This document shows, one piece after another, positions 25,386-35,300 of a stretch of DNA of 64,000 bases. The translations under genes and the position numbers were made by a program. Each line of letters starts with the position of its first letter. The stretch's first letter is position 1. The notes under the pieces were generated by a model. The model was given only the letters and a program-made list of their open reading frames with translations. It was not told where the DNA came from and searched no databases. Source of the stretch: Prorocentrum cordatum (lineage: Eukaryota); NCBI GenBank assembly GCA_963575745.1, contig CAUYUJ010000310.1:1-64000 (forward strand), given 5' to 3'.

Positions 25386-25670
25386 AGTCGAAAACAAGCT
25401 GGTAAGCTTAGGTATGTGTTACGCTTTAAGCGTTGCCATATCCCAGGCTTTGGCTCATATCGCATGAGCAAGAGAGCAAGACGAAGCATGGGATCTGGAG
25501 TAAAGGATAGGATGGGCATCGTCAATGGAAAAGGTATTTTCCGATCTCTGATGCAAGTCGTGCGCCTCGGTGAGGCACAATCACATATTTGGCCGGGCCC
25601 GGCTTGAGCCAGGCACGGCAGCGGTACATGCTCGATTTATACCTCGCCTTTAACCTTCTCCGTTTAAGGT
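25386..25670 (-). repeat. Copia-A 3' LTR (285 bp)
   Basis: Matches 41472-41756; the only mismatch seen is 25668/41754. Confidence 0.95.
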
Positions 25671-25775
25671 CGGAGGGGGAGGAGACGAGCAGGCACCGCA
25701 CTTCTACATTACGCGGAAAAGACAGTGCTAAGCAGCAGCGGCTGCCTACAAGGCAAGGGCGCGCGAGTAGCCTCG

Positions 25776-28700
25776 CTACCGGCGAGTTTCCTCGCTATTA
25801 AAGCGCACCTGCCCGCGGGTTTCCCCGCTAGCTCGGGAGGCAGGGCCGTCCTGAGACGACCTGCCCGCCCTATGCGGTGTATGTTTCTTCAGCTCGTGCT
25901 TGAAGGATTGCTGGCCGGCCATTACTTGTGGGAGCAACGCGCGGTCAATACTACCTTTGGTATGACCATCGGCAGTCATATCCCGCGTGTCACACCATTG
26001 AACGCTTTCAACGATTCCGCGCTCCATCATCTGGCGGATCCAGCTAATGTGCCCAAGCAGAGTACATTCTGTGGGCTTCTTCAGATCTTTGCTAGATAAA
26101 GACTTGAAGACAGACTCGGCATCAATAGTCAGAGTGACTTTGATACATAGACCACCCATTTCCAATATGTTCTTTAACTGTGTGGGGGTCAATGGTCCCG
26201 AGTGTAGCTCGTGGAGCGTTACAATGGTCGGGTAGCAGTCTTCCAAGTTGTGGGCTGCTGCCAGTGTTTCCGCAGAGTAGCTCGAACGCACCTGCAGTCG
26301 ATGAGACTTGCAGTATGCGTCCACCAGGTGCACGACGGGTTTCCCCGCTTGCGTGTGGCCACGCCTCAGCAGGTTAGCCCCGCGGATACCATAGCCTTTG
26401 ACTTCGTCGTCTTCATCTCCGTTGAGACGACGATAGCCAGAATCGCTATGCAGGTCGACTTCTCCTGTTGGGGTCATAGCTTGATACACGATCTTCTTCG
26501 GACCTGCCTGTAGTTTTCTGGTAACCGCGTTTAGTCGTCGTACCTGGATGTTTGTCGGTTCCTGGATACGTTGTAGTGAGACAACATAGACCATCAGCCA
26601 TACCTGCGTGATCAACGCATAGGCTAGAGCGCCACGAAGACTGACGAACATATCAGAAATCGTCTTTGTCGCTTTGCTCTCAGGATCAGCTCCTGTGAGT
26701 TCTGGATGTGTGATAGGACGAAGCTGTTTGATGTATTCGTCCTGATCAAGAGTGACGCTCCCATCATCGGTCTTGTTATACCGAACGGCACAGTTTGTGT
26801 ATGTGTGCTTGTTCAGTTTGCACTTCCCAAACGTATCTTCAACACACTTGACATACTTGTCAATAGCCTCTTCCTTCCCAGTCATATTGATGTCATCAAC
26901 GTGCTTGGCTGTCAAGAGGTTTGAGCTCATCTCGAACTCTTCGTCGTATGAAGTAGGCTGTAGCCCAAAGCTCCTAGTGATGGACCTGAGCTTCAGCGAG
27001 AATGCCCTGGGGGCATCCTTCGTGCCCGTCCCCGGCTTCAGACACCGAAGACAATGCTTTGATTCGTCATATGACTCAAAGCCTGGCAGTGTGCGAAGGA
27101 CAGCTGCTGACCCAGGTGGTAGTGTGAAGCACACCACGCGCTCTTTCTCGCCCGTTGCCGCGGCGAGCTCGCTATAGGTCAGTCCCTTCAAGAAAGCCAT
27201 GTTGATGTCCAGGGAAGCGATGATCCAAGCTTTGTTGCATGCAGCAGAACTTGCGAGCAGTCTCTGGCTTGACCTCCTTGCCGTGCCAGAGAAGGTTTCG
27301 ACATCAAAGGCTTCAAGGTCCATGAAGCCACGGAGTACCAAGCGTAACCTGATCGTCCTTTCCATTTCGCCCTTTTCGTTCTTGACAAACTTCCATTTGT
27401 ATACGTAGCGTGAAGTCATGATGTTAGACGCTTTGCTCAAGTCAGTCATCTGGAAGCATTTGTTGTCAAGCCAAGTCTTCAATTCTGTGTAAAGGGCTTT
27501 GGAAACTTTGACCGGATTTGCTTGGATGTCGGCCTTCGTGAGTAGATCGTCTTCCTTGACGACCACGGCACGTTTGGAAGCAGCACTAACGTATACTCGC
27601 ATAGTTGTGACGCTGCTGTCATCCAACAATCGGTGTTGCTGCTCGGACAGGACGACTTTGGACATGTCTGCTGTGAAGCAGAGCTCGATGTACTTCCCGT
27701 GCTCATCGGAGTCCAGATCATATTTACAGTCCGGATCCGTGGAGCATAAGGGAACGTAGTAAGAAGTGTCCATGTCGTATCCTGGCGGGTGACCCCGCTC
27801 CGGCAAGTGGCCTTGCACATCTTCACAGGTCGTAGAGACTAACACACACTGTGTGTCTGTCATGTATGTGGGAACTGCATGCATGACTTCTTCTGTGTCA
27901 GCTTCGAGGAGTGTTCTGTCATCCATCAGTTCAGCATACCACGACTTCAAGACAAAGGCATCCAGATCTTCTTCTGTTTCCTCTATGATGGTCGGGAGCC
28001 GACCATCGTTATCCGTAGGAGGCTCCTCAGGAGCAGCTGCTGGAGGTGACTCGCTTGGTGGTGGACCATCAGCGAGTTCCTCAAACTTAGTGAGGTCTCG
28101 GTCAAATCCAGCAGACGACTTCCTGGATTTAAGACGCTGGATGATGCGTGAGTGTGTAGATCCTGTGATGTCATAGATGTTCAAGGCAGTGCCATCAGCT
28201 TCATAGTAATGAAAACCAGGGGTCACATCATTATCATAGTGCACTAGTGTACAGCTGTCTGCATAGGGTGCAGCAGGCAACTTCGTCAGGCTCTTGGCAA
28301 GTCGTACAGCAACAACGTTTTCAATACGAAAGTAGTTGCGTATGAGGTACTGAAGAGCCAAGTGCACCTTAGGCGAAAGTCGGCTCGCAGCAGTCATCTG
28401 CAGCCGACCCTGTTTCGCTGGTAGATATCCGAAAGTCATGGCGGGTTTCCCCGCTGGCAGACCGGCAATAAAGGCCAATACTGTCCGAAGGGCCGTATTG
28501 TCCGATCCTATCTCGCGGACCATAAGTGCTTCGATGTACAGCGTGTGTCGTGTGTCAGGATACTGTACTCGCACCTCGCGACTGCCGACCTTCACGATGA
28601 CCTGGCCTCGGTCAGGTTCGTTGCGGATGACCGGGTATGGACCACTCCATCCACCCCAGTCGTCTTTCGTGGTGGTCGGGCGATGATAGTCCACGAGATC

Positions 28701-31700
28701 TCCCTCTTTGTAGTGAAATTCACCCGTAGCAGTAGTCTTCGTACGGAGAGCCCTGTTCGTCTTGGCAACCGCAGTGGCCTGCGTGATTGCCTCCAGACTA
28801 ACCCTCCTGATTGTTTCCTCCCTTGAGTGATCTGATGATTCAGCGGACTGATCATGATCCAAGACAGGGAAATCGGGAAGCATAGCTGGTTGTCTGCCAT
28901 ACAGCGCATTGTACGGAGACACTTCATTGTAGAAGGTAAATGCGTTGCTGGCAAACAAGGCTTCATGTAAGAGACGAGTGAAATTGAGAGGAATATTTAA
29001 TCTATTCAATTCTTCTCCCATCACGTGTAAGAGGTGTCGCAGGATGCCGTTCCTAGCTTCGATAGTTGTGGCGTGTTGGCCACGCGCTCGGATACGAAGC
29101 TCTGTTCCCTTAGCCTTAAGGATGGCCTTTGCTGTATCATTATTCAGTGCTCCTTCCCCATCGGAGTATAAGATTTTAGCAGGGCCATGTTGCATCCAAG
29201 TCGTATGATAGGCATCGAGAACAGTATGCATGGCTTTATCAGGAATCTCTGTGCCAGCTGCCCAGCGAATACAACGGTCGATGATGTGAAAAACAATATG
29301 TTCCTGTTTGTAAAAGAAAAGATCACATTCGACTTCCTCGTTGAAACGTCCTGGCAGTGACACAGAAGGCATCACCGTGTTGCCTGGTTTGTCCCAGGCT
29401 CGACATTCTCTACACGAGTCACAAATGCCTTTGATCAGACTCAAACGGGTTTCACCCAGACCAACCTTGGTTGGAATCATCCGCATTTTTGGCTCCTTGG
29501 CATGAAACCATCTCAAGTGGAGTTTGCGGAGTTCTCGCTGCACTACAGCTGGGTCGAAGCTGCGCAGGTTTTGGAGGCTGAGCTGAACGTCGAAGCGAGT
29601 CCAATCAGGGAGCCTTGGCCTTGGCCTCGGCTCTGCTTGAGGCTGCGGCGGTGGTGGAGGATCTCCTCCCTCCATGCGTCCGCGCCTTGCTGCAACTTGT
29701 GGCAGTCTACGGTGATCGTCAGAGCTGCCAGCGCCAGTGTTGCCACCATTAGCCCCTTCGGCTCTGGTGATGTCATGGCTGCTGGCGCCTGCGGTTGGAT
29801 CGCCCTCGCCAGGCCGTGGCGGCCTAGGCGCGCGTATGCGCGCTCTCGCGGCCGGCGCCGCTTTTGCGGCTGGCGCCGCTTCTGCGGCTGGAGCCGCTTC
29901 CGCGGCTGGCGCCGCAGGAGCGGCTTGCCCCGCCGGGCGCGGCTGGCCAAAGTTATCTGGCAGCTTCCATTTTTCGGCGAATCTGCATTGGCCAGATATC
30001 TTGGTGTGGTGAGGATTGCTCTTCTGATATTCCTTCTTACAGCTTGGACAGTCCCAGTAATACGGTTCAACATCATACCACCGACACATCTTCGGATCCC
30101 TGCTGTGCTTTGGTGATTGCTTGTAGTTGTTGTCCACGCAGCCAGGGCACCCAAGACCGCCAGGTGGTGGTCGCCAGATTTCTCCGTTTGGGTGTCTCCG
30201 GATTGTTGGGTCGTCCAAGTCGTAGCCAGCACTGTTTGTTACGAACGCATAGCTGCGTTCACGATTCGCGAATGGATCGCGACCGTAAGCAAACAGGTCT
30301 TTGGCGATTTGCACCGCATCAACGATCAGTGACTGCATTCTGTAGGTATACTGTGCCGCCCTTGCTAGTTCTTTGTTACAAGCATTGGCGTGCACATGAT
30401 TACCTGGACAACGCTTGCCTCTGAAAGGTGCCAACAACTCTTCTTTGTTTGCCATCATCTGTGTTGGCTTGCGGATGTATTGTCCAAATGAATCTTTGAG
30501 ACCAGTCGTGCACTGATCAATAATCGTTTGGCAAGTGACCTTGCGTTGTGCCAGTTCCTTCCATGGCTGGATCTCATCCACCCACGTGCCCATTGGTTGT
30601 TCCCTGAGAAAGAAACGTCTTAGGTCGTCTTGTAATAGAGCGACTGTTCCACAGAACGTGATGTGAGGCAGGTCCTCTTTGTGGTGTTTAAGCCACGTAT
30701 CATGATTGACCTGTGCATTGAAATAGGAAGGAAGTCCAGTAGTTCTGCAGCTTGGCTGCAGAATCGTGATCTTGACAAAGCAAGTCTTGAGGTAGTGGAG
30801 GACTGCTCTTTGTACTTCCGAGTTTCCAAGGTCAACCATAGATATCTTGTCAAGGTTCCCGCCTGACGAGAGTCCCCTCTTGAAGGCTAATATGGATATA
30901 CCACCCTTGCCCCCACATAATTCAAGCATGTCCACTTGATTGTTTCTGCCGTAGCATAATGACTGGACCATCGAGAAGACATCAGCATGTGAGTCAGCGG
31001 GTTGCCCCGCCGGTAACATCATGAAGATGTCCTCTGATTCGCTGTCCGAGTCCGAGTCGTCAAGAGGAACGTCGTTGAAATATGTGGAGCAGTCAAGCCC
31101 TTTGAGGTCCTCTCCACAGTCGTCGTTACCGTCTTCCACTTTCTTCGGGACTTTCTTCGGTTTGATGCCGGCCTCTTTGTCAGCTTTCTGCTTTTCTTTC
31201 TGTTTTATCCTGGCATCAGTGGGCAACGCAGTTTCCGCGGAGAGATCCGCTGCGGAGGAATCCGCTGTTAAGTCAGGAAATGGCGGAATTTCAGGAAGGT
31301 TGTTGGTGGGTCGCGTTTGGCAACGCTCAATCGAAGGGGGAGGAGATCGATCGTCGTCGACGATCGTCACACGCTTTGGGCGTGGCCTTCGCGACTCACC
31401 GTCGCCATGAAGAACTGGAGCCGGAGGCTCCCAGTATAGCCGAGTACTGATGTTTGTAACCCCATCAGGTAATGGAGCTACATAATTGTACCCAGTTGGC
31501 TGATCCTGAATTCTAATATCTTGAACGATCTTATTCGTGTCCAGGTCGGTCGTGACTCTACGAACAACATGGTCCCATTGAGGGCCCTTTTGTGGGCATT
31601 GGACGTAGTGTCTGACCTTTTTGTCAACGCGAGTACACACGCTGAGGTGTACCGCACTCCGCTCATTCCTGATCATGTTGGCTTTATCGAGTTGATCAAG

Positions 31701-32375
31701 GAAGCGTGCAATAATGATAGCCAAAGTTTTATACCGAAACTCGGCACGTTGCTGATCTTGGCCATACCAATCCAAATCATGCTCCTTGTGTGAGCCACAA
31801 GTACATTTCCATAAGTTTATCGGTATATGAGGACAAGATGTAGCAACTTGTATATAAGAACCACTGGGATATTTACTGGATCGGTCAAACTTGATACCGA
31901 AATGACAGAGTCTCATTCGTATAATGCTTAGCTTCAAATCTTCGATAACATCTTTGATCGGACCCTGTTTCCAGAAATACCCGGGTGGCCCCAGGATAAC
32001 TATCTGCATTCTCAGAGCACGCGCTTTGATCAGGAGATTTTGTATACGTTGATAATGTGGTCCCGCCCTCTTTCCTGGAGTACGAACGTACCAATCAGAG
32101 GGTGTGGCCACCCACAACATATTGTAGTCTCCTGCCAACAAATTTCCCAAATACTGTGTTCCAGTTGAAGTCATTACCTCATTATGGGTAATCCGGTCGC
32201 ATATATATCCACGGGTTCGGAGTTCAGCGCAAGCTGTGCGAATATCTTCGATGACAAGACATTTTGAATGATATTTTTCCTCTCGGGCCTCAGCGCGGCC
32301 AACGTATGTCGCGAGGAGGCCGGTATTCGGCTTCTCTTCGCAAGCGAGCGCCGCCGGCGCGCCCGCCTGCCCCCG
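25776..32375 (-). CDS. pol: Copia-A Pol: MTase-like domains, Cys/His repeats, integrase (~28880-29530), RT (~26700-27480), RNase H (~25920-26460)
   Basis: LHLRWFH..CDSCREC (HHCC), CDLF/SDGE/IEARN (DDE), SRYVYKWK, RLVLRGF, LDINMAFL, HVDD, HSDSGY, SSYSAE, IDAES, ADGHTK. The frame stays open upstream of the ATG at 32174 up to the TGA at 32376-32378. Confidence 0.93.
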   Translation of the reverse strand, partial: RGQAGAPAALACEEKPNTGLLATYVGRAEAREEKYHSKCLVIEDIRTACAELRTRGYICDRITHNEVMTSTGTQYLGNLLAGDYNMLWVATPSDWYVRTPGKRAGPHYQRIQNLLIKARALRMQIVILGPPGYFWKQGPIKDVIEDLKLSIIRMRLCHFGIKFDRSSKYPSGSYIQVATSCPHIPINLWKCTCGSHKEHDLDWYGQDQQRAEFRYKTLAIIIARFLDQLDKANMIRNERSAVHLSVCTRVDKKVRHYVQCPQKGPQWDHVVRRVTTDLDTNKIVQDIRIQDQPTGYNYVAPLPDGVTNISTRLYWEPPAPVLHGDGESRRPRPKRVTIVDDDRSPPPSIERCQTRPTNNLPEIPPFPDLTADSSAADLSAETALPTDARIKQKEKQKADKEAGIKPKKVPKKVEDGNDDCGEDLKGLDCSTYFNDVPLDDSDSDSESEDIFMMLPAGQPADSHADVFSMVQSLCYGRNNQVDMLELCGGKGGISILAFKRGLSSGGNLDKISMVDLGNSEVQRAVLHYLKTCFVKITILQPSCRTTGLPSYFNAQVNHDTWLKHHKEDLPHITFCGTVALLQDDLRRFFLREQPMGTWVDEIQPWKELAQRKVTCQTIIDQCTTGLKDSFGQYIRKPTQMMANKEELLAPFRGKRCPGNHVHANACNKELARAAQYTYRMQSLIVDAVQIAKDLFAYGRDPFANRERSYAFVTNSAGYDLDDPTIRRHPNGEIWRPPPGGLGCPGCVDNNYKQSPKHSRDPKMCRWYDVEPYYWDCPSCKKEYQKSNPHHTKISGQCRFAEKWKLPDNFGQPRPAGQAAPAAPAAEAAPAAEAAPAAKAAPAARARIRAPRPPRPGEGDPTAGASSHDITRAEGANGGNTGAGSSDDHRRLPQVAARRGRMEGGDPPPPPQPQAEPRPRPRLPDWTRFDVQLSLQNLRSFDPAVVQRELRKLHLRWFHAKEPKMRMIPTKVGLGETRLSLIKGICDSCRECRAWDKPGNTVMPSVSLPGRFNEEVECDLFFYKQEHIVFHIIDRCIRWAAGTEIPDKAMHTVLDAYHTTWMQHGPAKILYSDGEGALNNDTAKAILKAKGTELRIRARGQHATTIEARNGILRHLLHVMGEELNRLNIPLNFTRLLHEALFASNAFTFYNEVSPYNALYGRQPAMLPDFPVLDHDQSAESSDHSREETIRRVSLEAITQATAVAKTNRALRTKTTATGEFHYKEGDLVDYHRPTTTKDDWGGWSGPYPVIRNEPDRGQVIVKVGSREVRVQYPDTRHTLYIEALMVREIGSDNTALRTVLAFIAGLPAGKPAMTFGYLPAKQGRLQMTAASRLSPKVHLALQYLIRNYFRIENVVAVRLAKSLTKLPAAPYADSCTLVHYDNDVTPGFHYYEADGTALNIYDITGSTHSRIIQRLKSRKSSAGFDRDLTKFEELADGPPPSESPPAAAPEEPPTDNDGRLPTIIEETEEDLDAFVLKSWYAELMDDRTLLEADTEEVMHAVPTYMTDTQCVLVSTTCEDVQGHLPERGHPPGYDMDTSYYVPLCSTDPDCKYDLDSDEHGKYIELCFTADMSKVVLSEQQHRLLDDSSVTTMRVYVSAASKRAVVVKEDDLLTKADIQANPVKVSKALYTELKTWLDNKCFQMTDLSKASNIMTSRYVYKWKFVKNEKGEMERTIRLRLVLRGFMDLEAFDVETFSGTARRSSQRLLASSAACNKAWIIASLDINMAFLKGLTYSELAAATGEKERVVCFTLPPGSAAVLRTLPGFESYDESKHCLRCLKPGTGTKDAPRAFSLKLRSITRSFGLQPTSYDEEFEMSSNLLTAKHVDDINMTGKEEAIDKYVKCVEDTFGKCKLNKHTYTNCAVRYNKTDDGSVTLDQDEYIKQLRPITHPELTGADPESKATKTISDMFVSLRGALAYALITQVWLMVYVVSLQRIQEPTNIQVRRLNAVTRKLQAGPKKIVYQAMTPTGEVDLHSDSGYRRLNGDEDDEVKGYGIRGANLLRRGHTQAGKPVVHLVDAYCKSHRLQVRSSYSAETLAAAHNLEDCYPTIVTLHELHSGPLTPTQLKNILEMGGLCIKVTLTIDAESVFKSLSSKDLKKPTECTLLGHISWIRQMMERGIVESVQWCDTRDMTADGHTKGSIDRALLPQVMAGQQSFKHELKKHTPHRAGRSSQDGPASRASGETRGQVRFNSEETRR
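30320..30935 (-). other. C5 cytosine methyltransferase-like domain in Copia-A Pol, between PR and INT
   Basis: ELCGGKGG (motif I-like), LQPSC (IV-like), REQP (VI-like), DQC..GL..RKPT (VIII-like); conserved in Copia-B. Confidence 0.7.
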
Positions 32376-35300
32376 TCAGCGGCGGTCGTGTGACCACGTT
32401 GCCGTCTGACTCGGGGGCATGCTGTTAGCGGATGGCTCCGCAGGAGTCGCTGGTGCGGCTACGCTCACGATCTCCACGCGGGTTGGCCCCGCAGAGTCCG
32501 ACGAGCCTCCGCCCGTGTAGCTTGGTGGTGGTGGCGGTGTCGCGGGTGGCCCCGCTTGGTTCTCAGGCGTCCATTTATTCACCGCCTCCTGGACTGCCCA
32601 GAATATCTTAGACTTCAGGGCATCCTTCATATGTGGCCAGGTCCCCTCGGGACACTGTTGGCCCTCCCACCAGCTGTTCAGCGTCCTGTCCACGATCAAA
32701 CGGGTCGTGTCTTCCAGGAGCTGCTTGTCGAGATACGGCTCGACAATGTACGTATCAGTCGTGGCGGTCATGGACTGTCCCGTCGCGGGTTGCCCCGCTG
32801 TGGTCTCGGCGGGTGGCCCCGCACTTACTCCGGCGGGTGGCCCCGCACTTACTCCGGCGGGTGGCCCCGCACTGACGGGGTCCTCTTCGTTCTCCGTCTC
32901 GGTGTAGCCATCTCGACTGCTGCGGATTGTGAAGGTGTTCGTGACCGTCTGGCTTTTAGCCCCGTCATACAAACCGCAGGGGATCGCGAGATGTCCCGAG
33001 GGAGTTTTCTTCGCCCTCAGGACCTTGGCACCCCTTCCCAGCTTCAGGGTGTAGTCACCGCTGGGGAAGATAACCTTCTGGTAGCCTGGCTTCAGCACGA
33101 TGATCGTGTCACGTGCTTCCATGGCTCCTAGGCCCCAGATGGCCGGGAGATTGGCACCCGAGCCTTCTGCGATGTTGGAGGCATACTCCTCGATACGGGG
33201 GCTTGCCTCATTGGCGTATTGCACCCCGATCTTGAAGTTGCCCATCTTCCGACATATCGCAGCACCCTCACCGACACCGTTGATGTAGAGGGTCTTGCTC
33301 AGGGTGCATATGGCAGGTCTGTGATTGTACCTGGCCATAATCTCCTGGAAGGTTCGCGCCGTATTGGCTCCAATGATGTTCACGTTGGAGCCAATGTCTA
33401 GCATGAACGAGATGCAGGGCATACCGTCTTCGTCAGGAAAGAATGTCCCATTTCGCGCTGCCAGAGCCATTGTACCATGGTCATCGGTGTGGTACGTAAT
33501 CTGTGAACCGAGTGTGCCTTTCAACAGGCGTTGTTCAAGCACCCATTGACTCATGGTTAACTCGGTGCACCACATCTGCTCATATTGGCGGCGCTCCTCC
33601 ACGGTAATTGGTTCCTGTTCGAGAACCCAATAATTCGCAGAGAGTGTGGACATCCATTCACCTCCTGGCGGCAGCGTGTCCGTGTCGTCACGTGCATAGG
33701 TCAGCCCCTCTGTATCGATCATGAATGTGGTGTGGAACTGGGCTGCCTCCGCGCTCTCAGCGCTTGCCCGGCTCCTAGCGCTGACCGGGCTTGCCACACG
33801 TGAGGTCCTGGATGATCCAGTTGGCCTTCGAGTCCCGCCTCCGCTCCTGCCACTCCGCCTGATGTTGGCCTCCATTGCCCTCAGGAAACCTGGATTTGGA
33901 GGCCCATTTGCGGGTGGCCCCGCTTTGGCGGCGGGAGCCGCTTCAGCGGGTGGCCCCGCAGCTGGGGGCTCCTGTGCTCGAAGCGTAGGCAGGATTGGCA
34001 TCTGGATGCCTTGCTCTGGCGCTGGCCAGGGGTATGCCTGTGCAGCTGGGGCACGTGCGGATGGCTCCGCCGATTGTGCGGCTCGAGCCTCTAGTGCCTC
34101 CACTGCTTCCCGTAGCCGACGCATTTCCCGGGCATCTGCCGCGTACCTCTCCTGCTGGCGCGCTTGTTCTGACTCAGCGTCGCGCTGTCCAGCATATGGG
34201 AAATGTGCTATAACTATGCCCGGCCCACGACATACAGCGCAGGGGGCCTCGTTCGGCGCACCTGGCCGCTGATTGCGGACGTGCTGCTGTGCAACACGAT
34301 CCCAGCATATATCGTGGAAGAAGTGCCCACACGCCAGTCTCCACACTATGGTGCCCATCTCGTAGGTGTCCATACAGATTGGGCACTGTGTGAAGTTGTA
34401 GTCTGAAATAACTGGAGCAGGCACGTCTGGGCGAGTCCGAGCTTGGCGCTCGAAAGTGGTTTCGCCCTCCCGATATGGCGTCGGTGGCGGTCGTCTATCT
34501 GTCCGTTCAGCGGGTGGCCCCGCGTCTGCGGGTGTCCCCGCTTGGGTCTCACGCTCGATCCTTCTCTGGATCGCGCGTTGTTGGCGCAGCCTGGCGTTGT
34601 CCCGAGCCTGCTGCCTAGATGCCAGTATCGCTTGCTGCGTGTTGTGCACGTCGCGGATGTAGTCTGGCATGCTGCCCATAGCGGCTGGCACCGCGAGACC
34701 AGCTGGCTGAACTACGGTCTCGGGGTCCGTCGGCGTGGGCATGTAGGCGTAGTGCGGCATAGACTGCGCATCGACCGCTCGTGTAAACTGCAAACGAAAC
34801 ATCTCATTGGCAAGATTCCGAGTGTATTCGTTCGCAGGTGGCCCCGCAATCATAGGAGTGTTATTCATCTGCGCGTAGTACTCCGGGTACATCGGCGCGT
34901 CCATGGCCTGTGCCTCTGCTGGTCCATGATTGTCCCATCCATATATTGGGTGTGATGCTATTCCTGGAATAAACACCTGTCGATATGGATTCGTGGGATC
35001 AGCATTTGGAGCATCTTCAGAAGTCCAGCTCCAGAGAGGCCGAAAGTCGCCATGATTCGTAACATCTATGTTGCGGTTCCGCAACAGGCTGGGCACTCTA
35101 TCAGCTTGTTGCTGCAGAAAGGTAGCCTGTGCTCTTAAGTTGGCTGCCCGACGTTCATAGTCTGACCCTTGCTGTCCGTCAGCGGGTGGCCCCGCGTGTG
35201 CGGGTGGCTCCGCAGGCGTTCGCTCGGCGGGTGTCCCCGCAGCCACTCCTCCTTCACTACCCCTCGGAGTGCCAAAGGGAGTGGTCGCCTGGAGTGCTGC

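Noticed and set aside
32376..32378. UGA as a selenocysteine codon
   Set aside because: The surrounding peptide is an unconserved linker with no redox motif, and no eukaryotic SECIS was recognised; leaky readthrough is more parsimonious
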